A stretch of 64,000 bases of DNA from an uncultured Pseudomonadota bacterium (GCA_964446935.1 CAYUQI010000005.1:757-64756); one strand, 5' to 3'. Positions 16,892 through 25,746 are shown, numbered from the stretch's first letter. Translations and numbers: made by a program. Notes: generated from the letters alone by a model not told the origin.

Positions 16892-18298
16892 TTAAAATTC
16901 TTCTTGTCCGTTAACTTGCCCAATTACCCGTTTGTTATCAATTGCATCTTGAAGTGTTTTGCCGAGAAAATACACAATAATGAGCCACAAAAAGTTAAGA
17001 GTTAGTCCTAACCCAAGGCTTGATATAAGGGCAAAGGCAGGTGTCGCGCCCTTAATGGATACATTGAAAAGTGATCCAAAACTTTTTGCGATACGCGATC
17101 CAAATGCATCGGTCCACGTTTTAGCTTTATATTTTATGTCTTTTGTTGTTGGGATATATAAAACTTCTCTGGTTGGATGATTAAAAGCATAATTAATTGA
17201 GCGCAAAGCAACAAGAACAGCAAAGAATATTCCTGCTGAAGGAATTATATAGGTTATTATAAGGAGGATCATGCAAAGAAGTGGAAAAATAAACAAGGAA
17301 AGTCGAATGCCAATAACACGCAAAAGAGGCGTTGTTCCAAATAAAGAAATACCAAGACCAATTAGGTTATAGAGAAAATAATAAAATGCGTAATATGCGG
17401 TCATAGCGCCGACGGATGGTGTTGTTGCATCTGCGTGAAGTGCTACCCACCAATCAAAAATAACAACCATGATTTCATAAAAGGCAACTAAGGAAAAGAT
17501 GCCAAGAACATAAGGGTTTCGAATCATGATAAAAAGCCCATCAAATGAGCTTTTGAATGAATTAATAAACCCCATTGAAGCTCTTTTTTTATGTTTTTCG
17601 AGTTGGTATGCTGCTTCGTAACCATGCATAAAATCATCAGAGACGTTTGTTATGAGCATATGGATAGAATATGCAGATGCAATTAACATACAGCTTCCTA
17701 TTGCTAAGGAACCTGGTAATAGCATTAATTGTGATTGCACATTTGTGTTTATTAGTATGAGATAAAGCGTTCCTGCTGAAAGGATTCCACCTATTTTTGA
17801 TCCTGCTGCAAAAAAACCATAGTAATTTTTTGCATCCTTAGGATTGTTGATGGAGTCTGCAAATGACCAGAAGACGGTGGCAAAAAAGGCATCAAAGCTT
17901 TCCATGAAAAAATAAAAGGCCCACCCAAGGAGTCGGCCTGAATTTACTTCTGTATTGGCAAGTCCATATACTGGATGCGTAAAGAGAAATGCAAAAATGA
18001 GACCCCCTATAGCATGAAAAAGCATAAAACAATATAAAAGGTGATGTCTTCGAAGCCAGTCAACAAGTTTTGAGTACAAAAGAATTAGCGGAATGATAAA
18101 AAATAAAGAATAAAGTTTTGCATTGGGAACTTGGTAAGCTCCAACCATTTTTGAAAAAATAGAAACTTTGAGTGGACGCCAAATAACAAGGCAACAGGAC
18201 ATGAGAAGAAAGGTTAATGAAAGAAAAAATACCTTGCGCTTAAACTCTGGTTTAATTCCCCACAAATCTTGAAACGTCAGTTTAAGCCGGTCTAGCAT
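16892..18298 (-). CDS. ATP/ADP translocase-type nucleotide transporter (NTT/Tlc family), paralogue 2
   Basis: 468 aa with the same blocks (FWSFADSINNPKDAKNYYGFFAAGSKIGG; LYIPTTKDIKYKAKTWTDAFGSRIAK). It aligns with paralogue 1 along its whole length. Confidence 0.8.
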   Translation of the reverse strand: MLDRLKLTFQDLWGIKPEFKRKVFFLSLTFLLMSCCLVIWRPLKVSIFSKMVGAYQVPNAKLYSLFFIIPLILLYSKLVDWLRRHHLLYCFMLFHAIGGLIFAFLFTHPVYGLANTEVNSGRLLGWAFYFFMESFDAFFATVFWSFADSINNPKDAKNYYGFFAAGSKIGGILSAGTLYLILINTNVQSQLMLLPGSLAIGSCMLIASAYSIHMLITNVSDDFMHGYEAAYQLEKHKKRASMGFINSFKSSFDGLFIMIRNPYVLGIFSLVAFYEIMVVIFDWWVALHADATTPSVGAMTAYYAFYYFLYNLIGLGISLFGTTPLLRVIGIRLSLFIFPLLCMILLIITYIIPSAGIFFAVLVALRSINYAFNHPTREVLYIPTTKDIKYKAKTWTDAFGSRIAKSFGSLFNVSIKGATPAFALISSLGLGLTLNFLWLIIVYFLGKTLQDAIDNKRVIGQVNGQEEF

Positions 18299-18600
18299 TG
18301 ATACCCCTTGTCCTACGTTTTGCTCAGTTTGTTACGAGAGACCCCCATATGTGTATTGACATGTTTGTTGTTGCGATCCCCTAACTTCAAAAATCATTTT
18401 GAAGCCTTTCAAAGTATAAAAGGAGCTACCAAAAAGTCAATTTTCAATCGATTAACGATGTGTTTGTTCGATCCCAAAGGGTTTTTTCGAGGTTCTTGCC
18501 TTGTTGAAAGTTTTCAAGTAGGACTATACTTTTTAAAAAAAAGTTGATATTATCATTATAAAGAAATCTAAGTATTTTCTATCATGAGTAAAAGAAGAAT

Positions 18601-21018
18601 ATGGAAGAACTTATAAAATTAGAAAAAACTCAAATGTTGCCTGTTTTGCCGCTTAAAAACATTATTGCTTTGCCCAAAAGCATCATTCCTGTTGTGGTTG
18701 GTCGAGCAATCTCAATTAATGCTGTTGATTTTGCAGTTCAGGCAAACAAAGAAATTTTTGTGACCGCTCAGAAATCAATTGATGTTGAAACCCCAACGCC
18801 TAATGATATTTATCATTATGGGACACGTGCATTAATTTTGCAAGTTGCTCGTATGCCCAATGGAACCCTTAAAATTCTTGTTGAGGGTATTTGCCGAGCG
18901 CATATCACCGAGGTGCGGCAAACGGAAGGCTTTATTGGCGTTGTTACCCAAGATCTGATTCCAGTTCCTCTTGAACATACGTCAGAAAATCAGGCGTTAT
19001 GGCGTAATCTTTTTGATTTATTCAAAGAATATGCGCAGTTAAGTGAAAAAATTTCTAGCGATGTAATGAGCCTTTTTAGAGGGATTGACGATATTGATTA
19101 TTTAGCTGATACAATCGCAGTGCAAATGCATTTAAACCTTGAGGAACGACAAAAGGTTTTGGAGACTATTGACCTGCGAGAACGAGCCTTAATGCTGTGT
19201 GTTTTGTTGCAAAAAGAGATTGAGATTTTAAAAGCCGAACGCAGTATTCGTAAGCGTGTTCAAAGTCAAGTCGAAAAGAACCAAAAAGATTATTATTTAA
19301 CAGAGCAAATGCGAGCCATTCAACGAGAGCTTGGACGTGATGATTTTCAGCAAGAGATTGCTGATTTGCGTAAAAAAGCTAAAAAATTAAAGCTGTCACC
19401 AGATGTTCTTGAAAAGGTTGAGGCTGAATTACGTCGTTTAGAGCAGATGCAGCCAACATCTCCTGAGGCTACGGTAAGTAGGAATTATGTTGATTGGATT
19501 TTGTCAGTTCCTTGGCATGCTCTTTCTCAAGATACCGTAAGCATGGAAGAGGCTGAAAAAATCCTCAATTCTTCGCATGCTGGGATGAAAAAAGCTAAAG
19601 AACGTATCATTGAATTTTTGGCGACGAAAAAATTTGCTAAAGATAATCTCAAACGATCTCCCATTATTTGTCTTGTTGGTCCTCCCGGTGTAGGCAAAAC
19701 GTCACTTGGCCAGTCGATTGCTCAAGCACTCGGTCGTCCATTGGTACGAATTTCATTGGGCGGTGTGCGTGATGAAGCAGAAATACGTGGACATCGTAGA
19801 ACATACATTGGAGCAATGCCTGGTAAAATCATTCAAGCCATGAAAAAAGTTAAGGTAACCAACCCTGTTATACTTTTGGATGAAGTTGATAAAATGTCGA
19901 CGGATTTCCGTGGTGATCCAGCTTCTGCACTTCTTGAAGTGCTTGACCCTGAACAGAACAAAGCATTCGTTGATCACTTTCTCGAGGTTGATTACGATTT
20001 ATCAAAAATTATGTTTATTACGACGGCCAATGTCATGGATAACATTCCGTATCCATTGCTTGACCGCATGGAATTAATCTTTTTATCTGGTTATACCGAG
20101 CAGGAAAAAGTTGAAATAGCACAAAGATTTTTAATGCCTAAATTACTCAAAGAACATGATTTGCAGGTTGACCAAATTGATATTCCTGAGTCGGTGTTGA
20201 GAAAAATTATTGATGAATTTACTAAGGAAGCTGGTGTACGACAACTTGAACGCGTATTAGCTAAGCTTTTGCGTAAGAGCATTCTAAAGCTTTTGAAAGA
20301 TAAAGATCGCAAAGAAAAAGTGTGTATAACATTTGAGCATCTGGATGAGTGGCTTGGGGTTCCTCCCTATCGAAGAGATGATCGCACCTTTGAACAAGCA
20401 AACGGGGTTGCTACTGGGTTAGCGTGGACTGAAGTAGGTGGTGACGTGCTCGATGTTGAAGTAACGGTGATGCGCGGCAAGGGAACGCTTACCATTACTG
20501 GTCAACTTGGCGATGTTATGCAAGAGTCGGCACAGGCAGCCATGAGCTACATTCGTTCTCGTGCCAAAGATTTTGGGCTAAAAGATAATTTTTATGCTGA
20601 CATAGACGTGCACATTCATCTTCCTGAAGGTGCTATTCCTAAGGATGGACCATCTGCTGGTATTACTATGGCTGTTGCTTTGACATCAGCATTAACCCAT
20701 GTGGCTATTCGACGTGATGTTGCTATGACGGGTGAAGTCACCTTGCGCGGACGAGTTCTTGCTATTGGTGGTTTGAAAGAGAAGTTATTAGCGGCAACAC
20801 GTTTTGGTATCAATAAGGTTATTGTTCCTAGGAGCAATGCTAAAGACATTAAAGAATTTGAATATGAGCTCGATTCATCGTTGAAGATTATCTATGTTGA
20901 TCATATGGATGAAGTGCTCAAAGAGGCTTTAGTCGCCGAACCAAAACTTATTGAACCAGCTAAAGGCAAGAAAAAGAAAGCAACTGGAAAGCGCGCTAAA
21001 AAACGCAAACCTGCTTAA
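18601..21018 (+). CDS. lon: ATP-dependent Lon protease
   Basis: 805 aa with an N-terminal LON substrate-binding domain, AAA+ Walker A GPPGVGKTS, Walker B ILLDEVDK, and protease domain PKDGPSAGITM (catalytic Ser). A lysine-rich C-terminal tail follows. Confidence 0.96.
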   Translation: MEELIKLEKTQMLPVLPLKNIIALPKSIIPVVVGRAISINAVDFAVQANKEIFVTAQKSIDVETPTPNDIYHYGTRALILQVARMPNGTLKILVEGICRAHITEVRQTEGFIGVVTQDLIPVPLEHTSENQALWRNLFDLFKEYAQLSEKISSDVMSLFRGIDDIDYLADTIAVQMHLNLEERQKVLETIDLRERALMLCVLLQKEIEILKAERSIRKRVQSQVEKNQKDYYLTEQMRAIQRELGRDDFQQEIADLRKKAKKLKLSPDVLEKVEAELRRLEQMQPTSPEATVSRNYVDWILSVPWHALSQDTVSMEEAEKILNSSHAGMKKAKERIIEFLATKKFAKDNLKRSPIICLVGPPGVGKTSLGQSIAQALGRPLVRISLGGVRDEAEIRGHRRTYIGAMPGKIIQAMKKVKVTNPVILLDEVDKMSTDFRGDPASALLEVLDPEQNKAFVDHFLEVDYDLSKIMFITTANVMDNIPYPLLDRMELIFLSGYTEQEKVEIAQRFLMPKLLKEHDLQVDQIDIPESVLRKIIDEFTKEAGVRQLERVLAKLLRKSILKLLKDKDRKEKVCITFEHLDEWLGVPPYRRDDRTFEQANGVATGLAWTEVGGDVLDVEVTVMRGKGTLTITGQLGDVMQESAQAAMSYIRSRAKDFGLKDNFYADIDVHIHLPEGAIPKDGPSAGITMAVALTSALTHVAIRRDVAMTGEVTLRGRVLAIGGLKEKLLAATRFGINKVIVPRSNAKDIKEFEYELDSSLKIIYVDHMDEVLKEALVAEPKLIEPAKGKKKKATGKRAKKRKPA

Positions 21019-21054
21019 TAAGAGCATGTATTCGTTGTAAGAAGATGATGCTTT

Positions 21055-22380
21055 TTAGGTGATACGAGATATTAAATTATCCAATGTTTTTTGAACAAGA
21101 CGAGCTTCTTTGTTGACCCATGTATAACTTGCATTACCAATATTAGTACGCAAGGTAGGGTTAGCGAGAAGCTCTTTTGTTTTGTCATAAAGATCGGTAT
21201 TCGATTGAACTTTGATAATCCCATTGCAGTGTTCAAGTTGTCTAACAATGTCGGTACTATTGTGATGGTATGGGCCAATAATCGTTGGTATTTGCCATGC
21301 GGCAGGTTCAAGTAAATTATGTCCGCCGTGTGGTATCATTGTGCCGCCAAGATAGTATATTGTTGCATAGCGATACAGTGGAAAAAGTTCACCAAGTTTG
21401 CAAACAAGCACGATGTCATGGTTTTTAAAAATAGACGTGAGTGCTTGTGTGTATGATTGAGTTGATTGGGAAAAGATTGATGATGTCTCATTCCATATAA
21501 AAAACGGGAAATTGGTTTTTTGTGCGTTGGTTTGTAATTGTTCTCCCCACGAAAAATGGCGAGGAGCTAAAATGAGCTTAAGGGTGGGAAATTGCGGTTT
21601 GAGTTTTTTAAAAAGTTCAAAATAAATACAATCTTCTTGAGGGTGGATTGACCCGGCAAATAGCGTTGGAATGCAATAAGATTCGTGATTATCTGTTAGT
21701 ACTGTTGCGAGATAATTATTCTTCTTGGCGATAACATTGAATGTTTTTAGGTTTCCTAAAACAGTTATTTTTTGGGGGGAAACACCTAGTTTTATAAAGC
21801 TATTTTTATCATCATTACTTTGAGCGAGAATGGTTTGAAAGCAATTAATAAGTATTTTAAAAATAAACTTGAAGGTGCTGATGCGTCGCGCAGAACGTGG
21901 GTTGATACGAGCATTGAGCCAAAACATTGGAATAGAAGTAAGCTTGCCGATTGATAAAAAATTGGGCCATAACTCTGCTTCAACAATGATGATTGATGAT
22001 GGTTTGATGCGAAGATAAGCAAGAAGCATAAACGGCCCAAAATCATACGGTAAAAAACTAATATAATCTGCTGCAATAGCGTTATGGGCCATTTTCATAC
22101 CACCCGTTGTTCCAACGGTTAAATAACACACCGTATCTGGTTGTTTTTCTTTAATACGCGTTATTAATTGTTCAACCGAAAAGACTTCCCCTACAGAGAC
22201 TGCATGGATCCAGACAACGTTATGTTTTCTGTTGGTTTTTGGTACAAAGCCCATGCGTTGGGCTATGTTTCCAAAAATGGCTCGTTTGGCGTTGAGGATA
22301 AACAAAATTGGAACAAGGAAGGGTAGTAATGCAAATTGTAAGGTTTGATACACCACCATTAACAGAACGGTCATAAACAT
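21055..22380 (-). CDS. waaA: 3-deoxy-D-manno-octulosonic acid (Kdo) transferase
   Basis: 441 aa with an N-terminal membrane anchor, the WIHAVSVGE motif characteristic of KdtA/WaaA, and a GT-B C-terminal half (GGTMIPHGGHNLLEPA). Confidence 0.85.
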   Translation of the reverse strand: MFMTVLLMVVYQTLQFALLPFLVPILFILNAKRAIFGNIAQRMGFVPKTNRKHNVVWIHAVSVGEVFSVEQLITRIKEKQPDTVCYLTVGTTGGMKMAHNAIAADYISFLPYDFGPFMLLAYLRIKPSSIIIVEAELWPNFLSIGKLTSIPMFWLNARINPRSARRISTFKFIFKILINCFQTILAQSNDDKNSFIKLGVSPQKITVLGNLKTFNVIAKKNNYLATVLTDNHESYCIPTLFAGSIHPQEDCIYFELFKKLKPQFPTLKLILAPRHFSWGEQLQTNAQKTNFPFFIWNETSSIFSQSTQSYTQALTSIFKNHDIVLVCKLGELFPLYRYATIYYLGGTMIPHGGHNLLEPAAWQIPTIIGPYHHNSTDIVRQLEHCNGIIKVQSNTDLYDKTKELLANPTLRTNIGNASYTWVNKEARLVQKTLDNLISRIT

Positions 22381-22473
22381 AGAGAGCCTTAATTTATTGA
22401 TATTTGTAGCGTAGAATGGCTCCTAAGTATAGGTATCAAACTAAATACAGGCAAGCAAAAAAGACGGTTCTTC

Positions 22474-23574
22474 TTATAAACACGACAGTGTGATACAAAT
22501 AACAAGTGTGGCTAAGGTTAATATAAAAACCCAATCATTGAGAAATGAAAGCCTTGCTTTAATGGGTTCTTGAAGCTCTTTGCTTAAATGTTTTGTTGTT
22601 TGAAGGGTTAAGACAACATAGGTTTGAAATAAAAGAATCAATAATGAAAGAAATACGAGCAGGTAGTAAGTAAAGTCAACGTGTGTGCTATAACCAACAT
22701 GTGGAGAGACCCCATCGATGACGAGGCGGAAGAGCGCAAGTGTAGGAATTGCCGCTGCAACGTAACTGAGGCGTGATATGTCAGATATATCAATGAAAAG
22801 GCAAAATAGTGCAATGAAAAATAAGACAAACATTGGAAAATAAAGAGATGCAAGATTGCGAACCCCAATATTTTCAAAATTTATTGAAAATGCTGCAACT
22901 GGATAGTGTATAGAGAGTTCTGGGTCGGAATGATGTAAGTTGGCTTGAATATAACCCGTTTTTACTGATGCTTCTCGTGGTTGCCAATATCCAAGAAGAT
23001 TGTCCTTGGCAATGGTGATGTTTTGGCTGTCTGATTGAAAATAGAGTTCTTCTGGCGTTGCGCTTTTATTTTGAATAATAATGAAAAGTCGGTGATTTTC
23101 CATCGGAAAATTATGATAATCAAGGTTGGCTTTAAATGAGGTTTGAATGTGGTAACAAACAAGAACATCATGGTCTATGAGTTTGATAATAGGAGATGAT
23201 TTGTAGAGTAAAATTCCATTTTCTTGCAAAAGACTATTTTGAATCGTGAAGTTTTCGATTTGTTTAATTGATTCAGCACCTTGAGGGAATTTAAACCATA
23301 AAATCCCATCGATGATAAATTCATTCTTCGTAAATGAAAATGTTGGAAAGCTATTAATGTGCAAGCCAATGGTAACCAGAGAGGCTTTGTTTTTTGTCTT
23401 GGTCTTTAACTGTAGGATGTTAGGGATAGGGTCATTTGCTTCTGTACAACTATTTTTTAAAACAAGTAATCCTGTTATATATAAAGAGGCAATTGCAATG
23501 GCGCTTATACGAAATTTATTACTTTTAATCATGTTTAAAAGTATGTGTTTATATGTTGAATGATGAATATTCAT
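22474..23574 (-). CDS. pentameric ligand-gated ion channel (pLGIC, prokaryotic Cys-loop-receptor homologue)-like protein
   Basis: 366 aa with an N-terminal anchor/signal, then a roughly 200 aa beta-rich domain. That domain shows pLGIC-like patterns (VTIGLHINSFPTFSFTKNEFIIDGILWFKF; FKANLDYHNFPMENHRLFIIIQN, compare the FPFDxQ block). Four TM helices follow in M1-M2-M3-loop-M4 spacing (YFPMFVLFFIALFCLFI; RLSYVAAAIPTLALFRLVI; VDFTYYLLVFLSLLILLF; WVFILTLATLVICITL). Confidence 0.6.
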   Translation of the reverse strand: MNIHHSTYKHILLNMIKSNKFRISAIAIASLYITGLLVLKNSCTEANDPIPNILQLKTKTKNKASLVTIGLHINSFPTFSFTKNEFIIDGILWFKFPQGAESIKQIENFTIQNSLLQENGILLYKSSPIIKLIDHDVLVCYHIQTSFKANLDYHNFPMENHRLFIIIQNKSATPEELYFQSDSQNITIAKDNLLGYWQPREASVKTGYIQANLHHSDPELSIHYPVAAFSINFENIGVRNLASLYFPMFVLFFIALFCLFIDISDISRLSYVAAAIPTLALFRLVIDGVSPHVGYSTHVDFTYYLLVFLSLLILLFQTYVVLTLQTTKHLSKELQEPIKARLSFLNDWVFILTLATLVICITLSCL

Positions 23575-23589
23575 GATTTTCTTTCAATC

Positions 23590-24735
23590 TTAAATGATCC
23601 ATATTTTTTTGCCAAAAAGGTGTCGATTGGTTGGGTCAAAATCAATCGATAGGCCTTTGAAATCTTTGTTTTTTATGTTCGAAAGTTCTTTTAAGAGAGC
23701 TTCTTGGCTGCAATCTGGTGCTGTTTTGTTGAGTGCATCAACAATTAATTGTGCTGCAATGTAATAAGTAAATGATAAAATTGAAAAATCTTCATCTGGG
23801 AAATAGTTGGTTATATCGCGATGGTATTCAGTTGCGAGTTGAAATGTGGAAGTAACAGGGTCTGGAACAGGTGAGGCTACATGAAAAGCTACGCCTTTGT
23901 GTTGCAATATGTCCTGGGCGAGAAACGTTGAATCAATACCAAAAAATTTCGTTGTAAAACTTCCTTGTTCAAAAAAATAATTGATGAGCTTGATTGTCGG
24001 GGTACTTGTTGCAACACAAATGACTACGCGAGGATCTTGAGCGAGTAGTTTTTGAGCTGGCGTATGTATATCGATTGTGTAGCGATTGTATTGTTCAATT
24101 GCTACTGGTTTCTGATTGAGACTTTCAAGCGCTTTTGCCAACACATGTGTTGCTGCGGTAGAAAAATCATCATCAGCATGAAAAATAGCAATTTTAGTAA
24201 GACTAAGGGTTTTGACGATATGGTCAGCCAATGTTTCTACTTGTGGCTCTAGTAGCCCTGGGCCATTGATAATATGTGAAAGTGATGGATTCTTGAGTTC
24301 AGGGTGGCCGCCCCAAGGGAAGAGCATGGCAATTTTTTGTTGTTGGATGAGTGGTAGTACCGAAAGGATGCCGCGTGTTCCCATTACGCCGAAGAACATG
24401 GATACAGCGTATTTATGATATAAAAGTTCAATATTGTTTTTGGTTTTATCTGCTTCACCTTCATCATCAAGGCTTATTAAGCGTAGTTTTTTCCCTGCAA
24501 TGCCGCCTTGTTGGTTAATGTGTTCAAAATAACTATTGATAGCATTTTTTATAGTATTGCCATAAAAAGCGAAGTGTCCTGAAAAAGAGCCAGATTGACC
24601 AAAGACTATTTCCTTTTTCATATCAATAATAAGGTTGTCTTTGGAGATAGTTTGGCTGTTGAGGTGGTAAAAAAAAGAAAAAAGTAGAAAAAAAATAAGA
24701 AAATTACGCATCTCCGACCCCTTTTTTTGAAACAT
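23590..24735 (-). CDS. periplasmic ligand-binding protein, type-I PBP (LivJ/LivK / ANF-receptor-like)
   Basis: 381 aa with a signal peptide. The Leu/Ile/Val-binding-protein pattern is present: IVFGQSGSFSGHFAFYGNTIKNAINSYFEHINQQGGIAGKKLRLISLDDEGEADK. It ends 15 nt upstream of the pLGIC-like gene on the same strand. No ABC permease or ATPase is nearby. Confidence 0.75.
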   Translation of the reverse strand: MFQKKGSEMRNFLIFFLLFSFFYHLNSQTISKDNLIIDMKKEIVFGQSGSFSGHFAFYGNTIKNAINSYFEHINQQGGIAGKKLRLISLDDEGEADKTKNNIELLYHKYAVSMFFGVMGTRGILSVLPLIQQQKIAMLFPWGGHPELKNPSLSHIINGPGLLEPQVETLADHIVKTLSLTKIAIFHADDDFSTAATHVLAKALESLNQKPVAIEQYNRYTIDIHTPAQKLLAQDPRVVICVATSTPTIKLINYFFEQGSFTTKFFGIDSTFLAQDILQHKGVAFHVASPVPDPVTSTFQLATEYHRDITNYFPDEDFSILSFTYYIAAQLIVDALNKTAPDCSQEALLKELSNIKNKDFKGLSIDFDPTNRHLFGKKIWII

Positions 24736-25068
24736 GTCTTAAAATTCTTAAACGTTAACAGTTATTTTTGTATCGAATTGCGAACTTATTAGTCAATAAA
24801 ATGAGCGAAGGGGTCTTCCAAAACTCAAAATTTTTAACAATTGTTGAAATAACATAAGACATAGATATAAGTTACTTCATTAAAAATTGTTACAAATGGT
24901 GATTTTTGATGAAAAATGAAGGTTTTGTGATAAAAATTGATAATTTGTCCATCATTGATTTTGGGTAATGAAAAATAGTAATATAAAGCATAGGGTGGAA
25001 AAGGAGGAGGTGCGGATTTTTAAGGTGTTCTTAAAACTTCCTACCGATGTCTAACGAAGGAGATATTT

Positions 25069-25227
25069 ATGAAAAAGCTTTTAACGCTTTTGTTCTTACT
25101 TGGCATTTTATCTGCCAATGTACGTATGTTTGCGATGGAAGATGAAGATAAGGCAAATGCTTGGGATGATGACGAGAATGCACAATACGATGACGATGAT
25201 AGTTGCTATTATCCTGAGGAAGATTAG
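25069..25227 (+). CDS. small secreted acidic protein (52 aa; not in the supplied ORF track)
   Basis: AAGGAG lies 6 nt upstream of ATG 25069. Translation: MKKLLTLLFLLGILSANVRMFAMEDEDKANAWDDDENAQYDDDDSCYYPEED, a signal peptide plus a very acidic tail. Confidence 0.55.
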   Translation: MKKLLTLLFLLGILSANVRMFAMEDEDKANAWDDDENAQYDDDDSCYYPEED

Positions 25228-25249
25228 GTTTATACGTTAAGGAGTAGTC

Positions 25250-25486
25250 ATGAAAAAGTATATTGTTTTTCTTTTTGTGCTTAGTTTTGGATTAGGTGGG
25301 TTGCTTGTGGCCAAATGTACCAAGACCATTGGACATGTTCATAGACCAACAGTTTCTTATCAATGCAGAGCAAAGACCAAAGCATATTATGAACAATACT
25401 ACCCTAAATCAGTTCCAATATATTACGAAGCAGATGATACGTGCAAAATCTGTGGTTGTCACACGAGCAAACATAACAATAACTAG
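25250..25486 (+). CDS. small secreted Cys/His-motif protein, paralogue 1 (78 aa)
   Basis: AAGGAG RBS and an MKKYIVFLFVLSFGLGGLLVA signal peptide. The mature part has 5 Cys and ends in CKICGCHTSKHNNN. Confidence 0.65.
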   Translation: MKKYIVFLFVLSFGLGGLLVAKCTKTIGHVHRPTVSYQCRAKTKAYYEQYYPKSVPIYYEADDTCKICGCHTSKHNNN

Positions 25487-25540
25487 CTGTTGCAGCTATT
25501 GTTATGCTGCTATGATTCTCGAAACAAAAAGGAATTGGTG

Positions 25541-25744
25541 ATGAAAAAGGGGCTGCTTACTCTTCTTGTACTGAGTTTAGGAATGGGGTTGCTGTGTGGT
25601 AAATGCATCAATCCCAAGCATCAAAGAATTCGAGGAGGCACAAAAAAATATACCTGCTCAGTAAAAAACTCAGAAGTAAATAATTTTGATAATGGTTATT
25701 GCAAAAATTGTGGCTGTCACAGTAGCGATCACGACAATTTGTAA
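25541..25744 (+). CDS. small secreted Cys/His-motif protein, paralogue 2 (67 aa)
   Basis: Start moved to the internal ATG 25541 (AAGGA upstream; MKKGLLTLLVLSLGMGLL signal peptide). The Cys spacing matches paralogue 1, and it ends in CKNCGCHSSDHDNL. Confidence 0.65.
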   Translation: MKKGLLTLLVLSLGMGLLCGKCINPKHQRIRGGTKKYTCSVKNSEVNNFDNGYCKNCGCHSSDHDNL

Positions 25745-25746
25745 CA

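Noticed and set aside
18299-18600. Heat-shock control elements (CIRCE, sigma32-type CTTGAAA...CCCCAT) upstream of lon; also an 8-bp AT hairpin CTTCAAAA/TTTTGAAG at 18385-18404
   Set aside because: There is no CIRCE-like inverted repeat. A CCCCATAT word exists, but no properly spaced -35 accompanies it. The hairpin is short and AT-only.
21019-21054. Possible terminator after lon (AGCAT...ATGCT followed by TTTTT)
   Set aside because: The stem is only 5 bp with a loop of about 22 nt, which is too weak to call.
24880-24960. Repeated TGAT(G/A)AAAAT(T)GA-like words and an ATTTTT-GATG-AAAAAT quasi-palindrome in the divergent intergenic region
   Set aside because: They are built almost entirely of A/T runs in an AT-rich spacer, so they are expected by chance. 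They could still be operator sites, but the sequence alone does not support a call.
25432-25486. Whether CKICGCH is a c-type heme-binding CxxCH motif
   Set aside because: The spacing is C-x2-C-x-C-H. The Cys pair next to His is CxCH, not CxxCH, so it does not fit known heme c attachment motifs.
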